Notes: generated by a model from the letters alone, not told the origin. A stretch of DNA of 36,276 nucleotides from an uncultured Candidatus Kuenenia sp. (GCA_964477765.1 CAYZFV010000204.1:1-36276); one strand, 5' to 3'. Positions 7,509 to 17,009 are shown, counted from the stretch's first letter. A program made the numbers and translations.

Positions 7509-10500
7509 CGCGAGGTTGCCTCCGACGATGTCCGCTCTGGGCGATGGGGTGATGCGTGGCGAAGCGCTGCGGGGAGGTCGTCGCCGGCCTCGACGAACGA
7601 CACGAGGTCGAGGATCTCGTCGCGGGTGAGCACGTTGAGCAGACCAGCCGGCATCGCCGAGACCGTGCCGGCCAGCCGCTCGTCGATTTCATCCTTCTTG
7701 ATCACGGTGACCTGATCCGGCATGAGAAGATTCGTCGCCACGCGGTAGGCCACAGGCGTTTCCTCGAGCACGACGCCCGACACGACCTTCCCGCTGTCGA
7801 GCACAAACTGCATCGTGCGGTATTTCTCGTGGATCGACTTCGACGGGTCGAGCATCTGCTCGAGGAGATCGCGACCGCGATACTTCTTCACGCTCTCGAC
7901 CAGATTTGGCCCCAGGTTCACCCCGTGGCCGGCCGCGACATGGCACTGCGTGCATTGCGCCTTGGCGAAGGCATGCATGCCCCGCATGAGGGCCTGCTCG
8001 TCGCGGGAGGTGCTCACGGTGGGAAAGTCTTCGAGTGTCCAGGCTTTCACGATCGTCGGCTTGCAGGCGGCGAGCAGTTCCTCGATCTCGGCCGCATCCT
8101 TGGCCACGACCATCTGCCCGTTCATCACGATCCAGTGGCCGGGGAACGTGCAGACATACGGGTAGACGCCCGGCTCCGACGGGGCGGTGAACCGCAGCAC
8201 GTGGGCCTGCGCCTTGCGGGTGGGGCCGATCATCGGCGTCGCCGCGACGATCAGCTCCCGCTTCGACTCGGGGATAAAGTCGCCGGCGGCATTTTTGGAA
8301 TCCTTGGCCATGTTGTTGGCCGCCATCCCCACTTCGGCGAGCGCTCCCGGCTGCACAATCACGAAGTTGTGGTCGGTGGCGTCGGGGTTGGTGAAGACGA
8401 GCTTCACCGGCTGGCCCGGCAGCACGGCAAACTGCCGCGTCGTAAACAGCATCCGCTCCGGCTCGCATGAGATTCGTATCTCGCTCACGCCCGGCTGCTT
8501 GTCGAAGGCCCGCTCTTCGGCGGTCGGCTTGGGCTCGGCGATCTTCAAGCTCCGCCGGGCCCGCGCGAGAATCGCCGGCACCGGCGAGGTGGGATCGCCC
8601 TCCCAGTGACGGCGGAGCAGGTGGGATTCGAGCGCGCACGTCGCCGCGTAGGCGAGATGACCGGCCAGCGGGCGGCGGCAGACCTCGAGAACGGCGTCGA
8701 GCGCTGCACGGGTGCCGATCCAGCTGGCCGTGATCGCGGCCTCCATGCGCACGAGTCCCGAGGTGTCGGTGGCCGCTCGCATCACGAGTTCGTCATGATC
8801 AGGCATCGCATCGTGCCAGAACCGCAGCTGGCGAATCGCCGCGGCCCGGGCGTGATGATCGGTGGATCCGGCGAGGTCGAGGAGCAGGTGGGGCCGCGGC
8901 CGGCCCAGTGTGGAACACGCCCACATCGCCTCGGCCTGATGCCGCAGGTGGTGCGGGTCGGCTGAATCGAGGCCCTTGGCCCATGCCTCGACAGCCACGA
9001 TCGCCGTCTGACGATCGCGGAGCGCGAGCTCGCGGGTGGCGAGATAGCGGACGCGAAACTCCTTGTGGCCCAGCAGGGTGGCCAGTTCGGCTTCGCTGGC
9101 CCCGGCAATCTTCGGCAGCGGCGCGGGGGAGTGCCCCTTCGGCACAATCCGCCAGATGCGGCCCGACTCGCGGTCGCGGCGGGTGTCGCGGAGCGAGTAC
9201 TGCGCATGGCCCTTCACCGGGTTGTACCAGTCGACCACGAACAGGTCGCCCCGTGGGCCGAAGTGGCAGTCGACCGGAATGAAACTCAGGTTGGTGGAAA
9301 AGAGCAGGTCGCCGACATACTGCTCGTTGTAGCCGGAGTCGGTTTCGAGCCACGTATGGATCTCGATGCGGTTGGTCGGCTTGTAGCGGGCCTTGATGAA
9401 GCCCCCCTGCAGTGCATCGGGAAAGCCGGGTGCGTCGACGAAGGCCTGGCCGCAGGTGCCCGAATAGGCCTGGAGGCCGGTGGGCGGCTGATGCTGCTGC
9501 GGATAGGGCGGATCGAGAGAATGAAAGGCCTCGGCGAAGATCGGGTGGCTAGCCACGTGGTTGCCCCACGGGTCGTAGGCCACGCCCCACGGATTGGTGC
9601 TCGGATAGGTGCCGAAGCACGTCAGCCGAAATGAGTGCGGCTCATAGCGAAACCAGCCGCTGTTTTGCTGGCGGACCGGCCCGTAGGGCGTCTCGACCTG
9701 CGAGTGGTGAAACACGCTTTCCCGAAAGAGGAGGCCGCCGTCAGGCGACCAGATGAAGTCGTGCAGCGAGTGGTGTGAGTCTTCCGTGCCGAAGCCGGAG
9801 ACGATCACGTCGTGGGTGTCGGCACGGTCGTCGCCGTCGGTGTCTTTCAGAAACGTGAGATACGGCTGCTCGGAGACATACACGCCGCCGTCACCAAACT
9901 CGAAGGAGAGCGGCAGGTGGAGGTTGTCGGCAAAGACCTTCGACGTGTCGGCCCGGCCGTCGCCGTCGGTATCTTCGAGGATCACGAGCCGGTCTCGTGA
10001 CGCCATGCCCGGGTAGACGTGCGGATAGGCCTGCGACGTGCTCACCCACATTCTTCCGCGCGCGTCCCAGCGGCACTGGATCGGATTGGCAATCTCGGGA
10101 AACTGTTCTTCGCCCGCGAAGAGATTTACCTCAAACCGCGGGTCTACTTTGAATGCCTTCTGTTCCTCGGCGGCGGGCAGCCACTCGTTGGCCCCGCGGG
10201 TCTCGTTGACCGGCGGCATGGCCGGCAGATTCGAGTCGTCGATCGTGTCGGGCACCGGCCGGCCGTGGGCGATGTCCCACATCCGTCGATCCCGATTGCT
10301 GCACATGATGTCGAAGTTGCGAAGCGCGGGGAGGAAATCGAGGTAGCCGTAGTCCTTGTTGCGGCCCCCGGTGTAATAGAACGTGTTGAGTGGCCGGTAG
10401 CGGCGGAAGAACTGCAGATCGAGGTCGATCGCCGCCAGCCGCAGCCGCTCCTCGACGACGGGTGGCGGCGACTGGAAGCAGCCGCGGAAGAACACCTCGG

Positions 10501-11236
10501 CGAGCAGGTCGTAGCCCTCCTTGGTGAGGTGGCAGCCGTTGATCGTGAGCGTGGTGGCGGGATCGGCGAGGGGGCCGAGGGTGGGCTCGAAGAGATCGAC
10601 GAAGCCGACGCCCTGTGCCTCGGCGACCTCCCGCATCGCCTCCGTGTAGGAGCGGATGCGGGCGTTGTTGAGATCGGCTGCGGCGACGCCCGGCCGGTTT
10701 TCGTTGGCGATCGGGGAGACGAGCACGATCCGCGAAGCCGATGACCTGTTGAAGGCCTTCGACCGGAGACTGGTGAGAAACGCCATCAGTTTCGTGCGAA
10801 ACGCGGGCAGACCATCCGAGCCGGCAAACGACTCGTTGAAGCCGTAGGCCGCGATGATCACATCGGCCTTGAAATACGTGAGGTGCTGATCGATGTCGGC
10901 AAAGTTTTCCGGGCGGGGCGTGAGGTCGATCTCATCGGCCGACCAGGCCAGATTGCGGATCACCAAGTGGTTGTCGGGAAAGGCGGCGTGGAGCGTGGCG
11001 GAGAGTTGCCCGAAGAGCTGCGCCCGTTCGAAGAGCGTGTTGCCGATCAGGCAGATCCGGTCGCCATGCCGTATTTCGAGAGGGAGCGTCGTGGTGCCCG
11101 GCTCGCAGGCGGCGGCCCGGGGCGACGTCTTGGCAAAGATGCCAAACTGGCTGAAATCCTCGTCGGCGACGCTGCGCAGCGTCGCCGAGCAGGTGATTGC
11201 GAGAACCAGTAGCTGGTTGAAAAGAGACGTTCGCAT
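7505..11236 (-). CDS. PVC-type heme-binding, membrane-bound-dehydrogenase-like multidomain protein (SGNH-like + beta-propeller + HEAT-like + azurin-like cupredoxin + cytochrome c)
   Basis: Signal peptide MRTSLFNQLLVLAITCSATL. An SGNH-like N-terminal domain is present (LIGNTLFE, GFNESF, NGCHLTKEGY). Propeller motifs DTDGDGRADT and DTDGDDRADT follow. The azurin-like region has DHNFVI...YVCTFPGHWIVMNG (Cys codon 8150-8152). The C-terminal CTQCH heme motif lies at 7940-7954. Confidence 0.9.
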   Translation of the reverse strand: MRTSLFNQLLVLAITCSATLRSVADEDFSQFGIFAKTSPRAAACEPGTTTLPLEIRHGDRICLIGNTLFERAQLFGQLSATLHAAFPDNHLVIRNLAWSADEIDLTPRPENFADIDQHLTYFKADVIIAAYGFNESFAGSDGLPAFRTKLMAFLTSLRSKAFNRSSASRIVLVSPIANENRPGVAAADLNNARIRSYTEAMREVAEAQGVGFVDLFEPTLGPLADPATTLTINGCHLTKEGYDLLAEVFFRGCFQSPPPVVEERLRLAAIDLDLQFFRRYRPLNTFYYTGGRNKDYGYLDFLPALRNFDIMCSNRDRRMWDIAHGRPVPDTIDDSNLPAMPPVNETRGANEWLPAAEEQKAFKVDPRFEVNLFAGEEQFPEIANPIQCRWDARGRMWVSTSQAYPHVYPGMASRDRLVILEDTDGDGRADTSKVFADNLHLPLSFEFGDGGVYVSEQPYLTFLKDTDGDDRADTHDVIVSGFGTEDSHHSLHDFIWSPDGGLLFRESVFHHSQVETPYGPVRQQNSGWFRYEPHSFRLTCFGTYPSTNPWGVAYDPWGNHVASHPIFAEAFHSLDPPYPQQHQPPTGLQAYSGTCGQAFVDAPGFPDALQGGFIKARYKPTNRIEIHTWLETDSGYNEQYVGDLLFSTNLSFIPVDCHFGPRGDLFVVDWYNPVKGHAQYSLRDTRRDRESGRIWRIVPKGHSPAPLPKIAGASEAELATLLGHKEFRVRYLATRELALRDRQTAIVAVEAWAKGLDSADPHHLRHQAEAMWACSTLGRPRPHLLLDLAGSTDHHARAAAIRQLRFWHDAMPDHDELVMRAATDTSGLVRMEAAITASWIGTRAALDAVLEVCRRPLAGHLAYAATCALESHLLRRHWEGDPTSPVPAILARARRSLKIAEPKPTAEERAFDKQPGVSEIRISCEPERMLFTTRQFAVLPGQPVKLVFTNPDATDHNFVIVQPGALAEVGMAANNMAKDSKNAAGDFIPESKRELIVAATPMIGPTRKAQAHVLRFTAPSEPGVYPYVCTFPGHWIVMNGQMVVAKDAAEIEELLAACKPTIVKAWTLEDFPTVSTSRDEQALMRGMHAFAKAQCTQCHVAAGHGVNLGPNLVESVKKYRGRDLLEQMLDPSKSIHEKYRTMQFVLDSGKVVSGVVLEETPVAYRVATNLLMPDQVTVIKKDEIDERLAGTVSAMPAGLLNVLTRDEILDLVSFVEAGDDLPAALRHASPHRPERTSSEATSR

Positions 11237-11451
11237 GAGGCCTCCTCAATTCCTGTAACGCCGTCGCACGCTACCAGTTTCGCAAGCCGGGTTCCATGTC
11301 CGGAATACGTCAGGCGTCGCAATTCTGTAGGAAGTTGCCGCAATCGCGCCGTGGGGCACAATGCCATGCTCACATACATTCATGGCGAGTGGTTCCGACC
11401 CTCCGCGAGTGGTCGGATTTGTTGGTTTCATCGTGTGCGTGAAGGGTTCCC

Positions 11452-12369
11452 GTGCCTGCTGCTTTTGCCGGTGTCTATCCGATCGTCAACACGCCGTTTC
11501 ATCGAGATGGCTCGGTCGACTTTGCGAGCCAGGATCGGCTCATCGATTTCCTCCTCGAGCAGGGAGCCCACGGCCTCGGCCTCTTCGGCAACGCCAGCGA
11601 GGGCTACACCCTGTCGGCGGGTGAACGCATCGAGCTGATGCGCCGCATCGCCACGCGGGTCGGTGGCCGCGTGCCGCTCGTCGCCTCCAGTGGCCACACC
11701 GGCACCGATGCAGCCGTCGAGCTGAGCAAGGAACTCGAAGGGCTCGGCGCCGACTGTCTGATGGTGCTGCCCCCCTACTACCTGAAGACCGACGGCGATG
11801 GCCTGATGCATTATTTTGAGGCCATCTCGGCGGCCGTCGGCATCCCGATCATGGTGCAAGACGCCCCCCTCATGACCCAGGTGGCCATGCCGCCGGCGCT
11901 TCTGGCCCGCATGGGTCGAGAGATCGAACGGGTCGAGTATGTGAAGATTGAAGCGCCACCGACGCCGCCGAAGGTGTCGGCCGTGGCGAAGCAGGCAGGC
12001 GATGCCCTCACCCTCTTCGGCGGTCTCAACTGCCAGTTTTTCATCGAGGAATGGCAGCGGGGAGCCCGTGGCCAGATGCCCGGCAGTGACCGCACCCGCG
12101 ATCTCGTCGAGACCTGGAACCACCTCGAGGCGGGGCGAAGCGACGCTGCGTGGAGCGTCTTCGCGCGGATCCTGCCGCTGCTGCGATTTGAACTGCAGCC
12201 GGGCCTCGGCGTGTCGGCCCAGAAACACAACCTCGTGGCGGCGGGCGTGATCACGTCGGCCCACGTGCGGCATCCGACGGCCTCGCTCGATGGCGAGAGC
12301 CTGGCGGAACTGGCCCATCTGCGGCGGCTGGCCGACCGGGAACCGGCCGCGATGGTGGTGGCGTCGTGA
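11452..12369 (+). CDS. Dihydrodipicolinate synthase/N-acetylneuraminate lyase family protein (probable 2-keto-3-deoxy sugar-acid aldolase or dehydratase)
   Basis: GTG start at 11452 with GAAGGG upstream. GVYPIVNTPFHRDGSVDFASQDRLIDFLLEQGAHGLGLFGNASEG...LMVLPPYY...YVKIE (candidate Schiff-base Lys) is typical of the DHDPS family. Confidence 0.85.
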   Translation: MPAAFAGVYPIVNTPFHRDGSVDFASQDRLIDFLLEQGAHGLGLFGNASEGYTLSAGERIELMRRIATRVGGRVPLVASSGHTGTDAAVELSKELEGLGADCLMVLPPYYLKTDGDGLMHYFEAISAAVGIPIMVQDAPLMTQVAMPPALLARMGREIERVEYVKIEAPPTPPKVSAVAKQAGDALTLFGGLNCQFFIEEWQRGARGQMPGSDRTRDLVETWNHLEAGRSDAAWSVFARILPLLRFELQPGLGVSAQKHNLVAAGVITSAHVRHPTASLDGESLAELAHLRRLADREPAAMVVAS

Positions 12370-12382
12370 GGATACCGGCCCG

Positions 12383-13636
12383 ATGAAGATCCCCCATCTG
12401 CGCTGGTGGATCGCCGGACTGCTGTTCTTCTCGACGGTCATCAACTATGTCGACCGCCAGACGCTCTCCGTGCTCGCGCCGGTGCTCGGTCGCGACCTCG
12501 GGATCTCCGACATCCAGTATGCCAACATCCTGACGGCCTTTCTCGCCGCCTACACCGTGATGTACGTAGGCTCGGGGGTGCTGGTCGACAAGTTTGGCAC
12601 GCGGGCCTCGCTGAGTCTTTTCATGGTGTGGTGGTCGGTGGCCAACATGGCCCACGCCTTCGCCCGCGGAGCCTGGTCGCTGGGGGCGCTGCGGTTTCTG
12701 CTCGGCATGGGCGAATCGGGCAACTTCATGGCCGCCTTCAAGGCGGTGAGCGAGTGGTATCCGGCGAAGGAGCGGGCGCTCGTCCACGGCATCATCCAGA
12801 GCGGCGCCGCGATCGGCGCGATCCTCGCCCCGCCGGTGATCACCTGGATCAACGCCCGCTACGGCTGGCAGCCGGCATTTCTCATCACGGGATCGCTGGG
12901 ATTCGTGTGGCTCGTGTTTTGGCTGCTGCTCTACCACCCACCGGAGAGCCATCCCCGGATCACCGATGAGGAGCGGGCGCTCGTGGTGGGCGATACGCCC
13001 GCGGCGGTGGCAAAGGTCACCATCCGGTGGCGCGATGTGCTTTCGCATCCGCAGGCCTGGGGACTGCTGCTGGGCCGGTTTCTCTCCGACCCCGTCTGGT
13101 GGTTTTATCTCTTCTGGCTGCCCAAGTATCTGGTCGAGCATCGCGGCTTCTCGATGGCCGAGATGGGGATGCTCGCCTGGCTGCCCTACCTGGCGGCTGA
13201 TCTCGGCGCGATCTTCGGTGGCTGGGCCAGCGGCCGGCTGATCGCCCGCGGAAAGACGGCGATTCCGGCTCGGCTCGCCGTGATGCTGCCCTTCGCGCTG
13301 GTGATGCCCGTGTCGCTGGCGATCAATCAGGTGTCGTCGCGCGGGCTCACGCTCGGGCTGATCTGCCTGGTCACCTTCGCCCACATGGCCTGGAAGACCA
13401 ACCAAAACACGCTCACCAACGACGTCTTTCCGAAGCCGGTGATCGGCACCGTTTCGGGGCTCCTCGCCTTCGGCACCGGCCTCGGGGGCACGCTCTTTAC
13501 CTGGATGACAGGCTACCTCGTGGCCTGGTTTGGCTACGATGCGATCTTCATGATCATGGCGGTGCTGCATCCGGTGTCTTATCTGCTCACGCGATGGCTG
13601 GTGCAGAAGCCGCTTGTCGAGGAAGGTGGCTCGTGA
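12383..13636 (+). CDS. MFS transporter, anion:cation symporter type (ExuT/DgoT-like sugar-acid transporter)
   Basis: ATG at 12383. INYVDRQTLSVLAP...VLVDKFGTR...FLLGMGESGNFMAAFKAVSEWYPAKERA and about 12 hydrophobic segments fit this family. Confidence 0.85.
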   Translation: MKIPHLRWWIAGLLFFSTVINYVDRQTLSVLAPVLGRDLGISDIQYANILTAFLAAYTVMYVGSGVLVDKFGTRASLSLFMVWWSVANMAHAFARGAWSLGALRFLLGMGESGNFMAAFKAVSEWYPAKERALVHGIIQSGAAIGAILAPPVITWINARYGWQPAFLITGSLGFVWLVFWLLLYHPPESHPRITDEERALVVGDTPAAVAKVTIRWRDVLSHPQAWGLLLGRFLSDPVWWFYLFWLPKYLVEHRGFSMAEMGMLAWLPYLAADLGAIFGGWASGRLIARGKTAIPARLAVMLPFALVMPVSLAINQVSSRGLTLGLICLVTFAHMAWKTNQNTLTNDVFPKPVIGTVSGLLAFGTGLGGTLFTWMTGYLVAWFGYDAIFMIMAVLHPVSYLLTRWLVQKPLVEEGGS

Positions 13637-14781
13637 CGCGGATTGAATCGATCTATGCCCTGGCGATCCGTGAGCCGCGAGATCTCGCGGCCTCCCAGGG
13701 AACGGCAGGCTCCCCGACCAGCCTTGCCGGAGAGGGTCGCTACCGTTGGTCGACCGCGTATCCGGTGCTCTACTCGGTCGATTTCGAGACGGCGATCGTG
13801 GTGGTGCGGCTTTCCGACGGCCGTGTGGGCTACGGCGAGGCGCAGGCACCGCTGGCACCAGAAGTGGCCTGTGCGATCGTCGATCGCTTGTTGCGGCCGG
13901 CCCTCGAAGGGGAGGAGTTTGACGGGTCGCCGGCCCGCATCAGCCAACTCTGGGACCGCATGTATGCGACGATGCGGGTCCGTGGCCACAGTGGCGGCTT
14001 CATGCTCGACGCGATGAGTGGTGTCGACATCGCGCTGTGGGATCTGGCCGGCAAGATCGCCGGGAAGCCCGTGTGCGACCTGCTCGCGGCCGCGGCCAAG
14101 CGAGCGGTGCCCGTCTATCTCAGCGGCACGGCGGGCGCGACGCCGGCGGAGCGGGCGGCGTTTGCGGCGCGGTTTCATGACGAGGGAATCAACCTCGTCA
14201 AGCTTTACTACGAGTCTGACTGGGCCGATCTGCTGGCGATCGCCGACGCCCTGCCGGCGGGGATGAACTTTGCCGTCGATGCCCTCTGGCATCTCCCGCC
14301 CGCGGAGGCGGTGGCGATGGCCCGCGACCTCGATGCCCGCGACTGCGGGTGGCTCGAGTGCCCGCTTTATCCCGAGGAGGTTACGGCCCACGCGGAGCTG
14401 GCGGCGGCGATCACGACCCCGCTGGCCGTCGGCGAAAGCTATCGCACGCTCCGCGAGATGCAGCCGTTTTTCGGGATCGCCAAGACGCTTCAGCCCGACC
14501 TCGGCCGCTGCGGCATCACGGGTACGCTGGCGATCGCCCGGGCCTTCGGGGGCTCCGTCGTCCCGCACGTGAGCATCGCGATGGGGCCACAGATCGCGGC
14601 GGCGATCCACGTGGCGGCCGCTTTGGAAAACTGTCCGCTGTGCGAGTTCAATCCGAATGTGCTCGCCACGGCCAACTCGTTTCTCGCGCAGCCCATCGTC
14701 CGCGAAGGGGCTGTGTATCGTGTGCCCACCGAGCCCGGCCTCGGCATTGCATGGAGCGATCGCTTCGATGACAGCGTCTGA
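13633..14781 (+). CDS. Enolase-superfamily (mandelate racemase/muconate lactonizing enzyme family) sugar-acid dehydratase candidate
   Basis: GYGEAQA...MSGVDIALWDLAGKIAGKPVCDLL is present. Candidate metal ligands are AVDALW, WLECP and AVGES, then QPDLGRCG and VVPH, with MR-subgroup-like spacing. The GTG at 13633 overlaps the MFS stop (GTGA). An alternative ATG lies at 13594. Confidence 0.8.
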   Translation: MTRIESIYALAIREPRDLAASQGTAGSPTSLAGEGRYRWSTAYPVLYSVDFETAIVVVRLSDGRVGYGEAQAPLAPEVACAIVDRLLRPALEGEEFDGSPARISQLWDRMYATMRVRGHSGGFMLDAMSGVDIALWDLAGKIAGKPVCDLLAAAAKRAVPVYLSGTAGATPAERAAFAARFHDEGINLVKLYYESDWADLLAIADALPAGMNFAVDALWHLPPAEAVAMARDLDARDCGWLECPLYPEEVTAHAELAAAITTPLAVGESYRTLREMQPFFGIAKTLQPDLGRCGITGTLAIARAFGGSVVPHVSIAMGPQIAAAIHVAAALENCPLCEFNPNVLATANSFLAQPIVREGAVYRVPTEPGLGIAWSDRFDDSV

Positions 14782-15763
14782 TCCGGTCATGATCGGCCTC
14801 GACTGGGGCACGTCGTCGCTGCGGGCGTATCTGCTCGGGGCCGATGGCAGGCTGCTCGACCGTCGCGCCACGGGCCATGGCATCCAGCACCTGCCGGCGG
14901 GAGGCTATGCCGCGGCTTTCCGCGGCGTCGCGGGGGAGTGGCTCGATCGCTGCCCGTGGCTGCCGGTCGTGGCGGCGGGCATGGTGGGGAGCCGCAACGG
15001 CTGGCATGAGGTGCCGTATGTGGCCTGCCCCGCCGACCCAAATTCGATCGCGCAGGGGCTCGTGGCCTTCGAATCCGGCGCGGGCACGATCCATCTTGTG
15101 CCGGGGTTGAGCCAGGTGGGGCCCGTCCCCGACGTCATGCGGGGCGAGGAGATGCAGATCATCGGGGCCCTCGCTCTCGAGCCGGATCTGGCGGCGGCAG
15201 CGCTGTGTGTGCTGCCAGGTACGCATTGCAAGTGGGCGATGATCGACGACGGCCGCGTGACCCGGTTCACGACGTATCTCACCGGCGAACTCTTCGCGCT
15301 GCTGCGCGATCACTCGATCGTCGGCCGGCCGGCCAAGGAGGCGGGCCTTGTCGATCAGCCGGGGATTTTCGATCGCGAGGCTTTCGCGAAGGGCGTGCAG
15401 GCGGCGCGGCAGAGCGGGGCGAGCGGCGTCGCGGCGCGGCTTTTTTCAAGCCGCAGCCTGTTTCTCACCGGCGAGCTCACCGCATCGCAAACCCTCGACT
15501 ATCTCTCGGGCCTCCTCATCGGTGAAGAGATTCGCAGCGTGCTCGCCGGCCTCAGGGCTACGGCCTGTCCGCCGCTCGTACTGCTCGGCGACCCGGCGCT
15601 CTGCAACCGCTATCGGATCGCCCTGGCGACCTTTGGCATCGACCGCGTGCGGGTGTTGAACGAGACGGGCCCGCGTGGGCTGTGGCAGATCGCCGTAGCC
15701 GCCGGCCTCGTGTCTCGGGCTACCGAAGAGCAGAACGTGAGGGTGTCCCATGGCGGACCGTGA
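14768..15763 (+). CDS. dgoK: 2-dehydro-3-deoxygalactonokinase
   Basis: ATG at 14768 (ORF-track 14657 is over-extended). MIGLDWGTSSLRAYLL...MRGEEMQIIG...LPGTHCKWA matches the DgoK family. The gene overlaps its neighbours by 14 nt at each end. Confidence 0.85.
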   Translation: MTASDPVMIGLDWGTSSLRAYLLGADGRLLDRRATGHGIQHLPAGGYAAAFRGVAGEWLDRCPWLPVVAAGMVGSRNGWHEVPYVACPADPNSIAQGLVAFESGAGTIHLVPGLSQVGPVPDVMRGEEMQIIGALALEPDLAAAALCVLPGTHCKWAMIDDGRVTRFTTYLTGELFALLRDHSIVGRPAKEAGLVDQPGIFDREAFAKGVQAARQSGASGVAARLFSSRSLFLTGELTASQTLDYLSGLLIGEEIRSVLAGLRATACPPLVLLGDPALCNRYRIALATFGIDRVRVLNETGPRGLWQIAVAAGLVSRATEEQNVRVSHGGP

Positions 15764-16394
15764 CCAGGCGAAATGTCACTTCGCCGAAGTGCCGCTCATT
15801 GCAATCTTGCGCGGGGTTACGCCGGACGCGGTCGTGGCGATCGGCCGCGTGCTGGTTGACGCCGGTTTTCGTCTGATCGAGGTACCGCTCAACTCTCCAG
15901 ACCCGATCGAAAGCATTCGGCGGCTGGCCGCCGCTTTAGGAAATGCCGCAACGGTCGGCGGCGGTACCGTGGTGTCGGCGGCCGACGTCGCGCAGGTAGC
16001 CGCGGCCGGAGGCAGCCTCGTGGTCTCGCCCACCATGCATCCTGCCGTGATCGCCGCCACGCGAGCGGCCGGCATGCTGAGCGGCCCGGGCGTGTGCACG
16101 CCCACGGAGGCCTTTGCGGCGGTCGAAGCGGGTGCCGACTTCCTCAAGCTCTTTCCTGCCGAGCAGTTGGGGCCGGCTGCGCTGAAGGCATGGCGGGCCG
16201 TGTTGCCGCAGGGCATGCCGCTTGTGCCGGTGGGGGGCATCACCCCGGAGTCGATGGCTTCCTGGCGGGCCGCCGGTGCCACGGGCTTCGGTCTTGGATC
16301 GGCTCTCTATAAGCCGGGCATGACCCCGCCTGAGGTCAGCTGCTTCGCGGAAGCCTTTGTCGCTGCCTGGCGGGCCGACTCAGTCACAGTGTGA
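15750..16394 (+). CDS. dgoA: 2-dehydro-3-deoxy-6-phosphogalactonate aldolase (KDPG/KDPGal aldolase family)
   Basis: PLIAILRGVTPDAVVAIGRVLVDAGFRLIEVPLNSP...GGGTV...FLKLFPA...VPVGGI are typical KDPGal aldolase motifs. Confidence 0.85.
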   Translation: MADRDQAKCHFAEVPLIAILRGVTPDAVVAIGRVLVDAGFRLIEVPLNSPDPIESIRRLAAALGNAATVGGGTVVSAADVAQVAAAGGSLVVSPTMHPAVIAATRAAGMLSGPGVCTPTEAFAAVEAGADFLKLFPAEQLGPAALKAWRAVLPQGMPLVPVGGITPESMASWRAAGATGFGLGSALYKPGMTPPEVSCFAEAFVAAWRADSVTV

Positions 16395-16782
16395 TCACAT
16401 CGACTGCCGCATGGCTTCCGGGCACGTCGGCCAGCCGTCGGTCGCAGGTGATCAACACCGCGTCGAGCGCCTCCGCAAGCGCGAGGTAGGCGGCATCGTA
16501 GGCCGTGCAGTTCGCACGGAGCTCCCAGACCCGGTCGAGCAAGCCGTCGTGGGGATATCGAACAATACCCAGGGCGCGATGGTCATCGAGGGCCTCGCGG
16601 GCCCGCGACTCCGTCAGCTCGCCAGTCATCACGAAGCGCCGCAGCACCTGGGTCACCTCCAGGTCGAGGATGTGCGGAGCGGCGATCGTTTCACCCGAGC
16701 GCAGAATCTTGGCGACGAGGTCCGGATGATCGGGAGCGCGAAGCAAAAGCTCCAAGGCCGCCGATGCGTCGAGCACGATCAT
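16384..16782 (-). CDS. vapC: Type II toxin, PIN-domain VapC family
   Basis: MIVLDASAALELLL..., ILDLEVTQVL, TAYDAAYLALAEAL and LITCDRRL provide the PIN acidic residues. There is a 4-nt overlap with the upstream antitoxin. The 3' end overlaps convergent dgoA by 11 nt. Confidence 0.9.
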   Translation of the reverse strand: MIVLDASAALELLLRAPDHPDLVAKILRSGETIAAPHILDLEVTQVLRRFVMTGELTESRAREALDDHRALGIVRYPHDGLLDRVWELRANCTAYDAAYLALAEALDAVLITCDRRLADVPGSHAAVDVITL

Positions 16783-17009
16783 CGCCGATCCCGTTCCAAG
16801 CGTACCGCTTTGGCCGGCGAGGTCTTGAGGCGGACACTGGTGCGCTGCAGAAGGCGTTGGGCGAGTTCCTCTGGCGTCGGCCGTTCGGCGACCCGGCGGA
16901 TTTCGGCGAGCAGAAACTCGGTGAGCGGCTGACCGGCGAGTGCCGCCCGCGATTTGAGCGTGGCGTGGACCGCGTCAGGAACGTTGCGAATCTGGATCAT
17001 CTTGCTCAT
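16779..17009 (-). CDS. Ribbon-helix-helix (FitA/Arc-like) antitoxin
   Basis: MSKMIQIRNVPDAVHATLKSRAALAGQPLTEFLLAEI is the FitA-like RHH N-terminus. The gene is coupled to the downstream PIN gene. Confidence 0.8.
   Translation of the reverse strand: MSKMIQIRNVPDAVHATLKSRAALAGQPLTEFLLAEIRRVAERPTPEELAQRLLQRTSVRLKTSPAKAVRLERDRR

Noticed and set aside
11237-11451. 215-nt intergenic region upstream of the sugar-acid operon, checked for riboswitch-like or operator structure
   Set aside because: It holds only a weak 6-bp hairpin (CCGACC...GGTCGG) and no recognisable conserved RNA motif or strong promoter. That is not enough to call a feature.
12251-13858. 535-aa ORF antisense to the MFS transporter and enolase-superfamily genes
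   Set aside because: The translation is Arg/Pro/Gly/His-rich and low in complexity, with no recognisable motifs. The opposite strand encodes clearly family-typical proteins. This is a typical stop-poor antisense frame in high-GC DNA.
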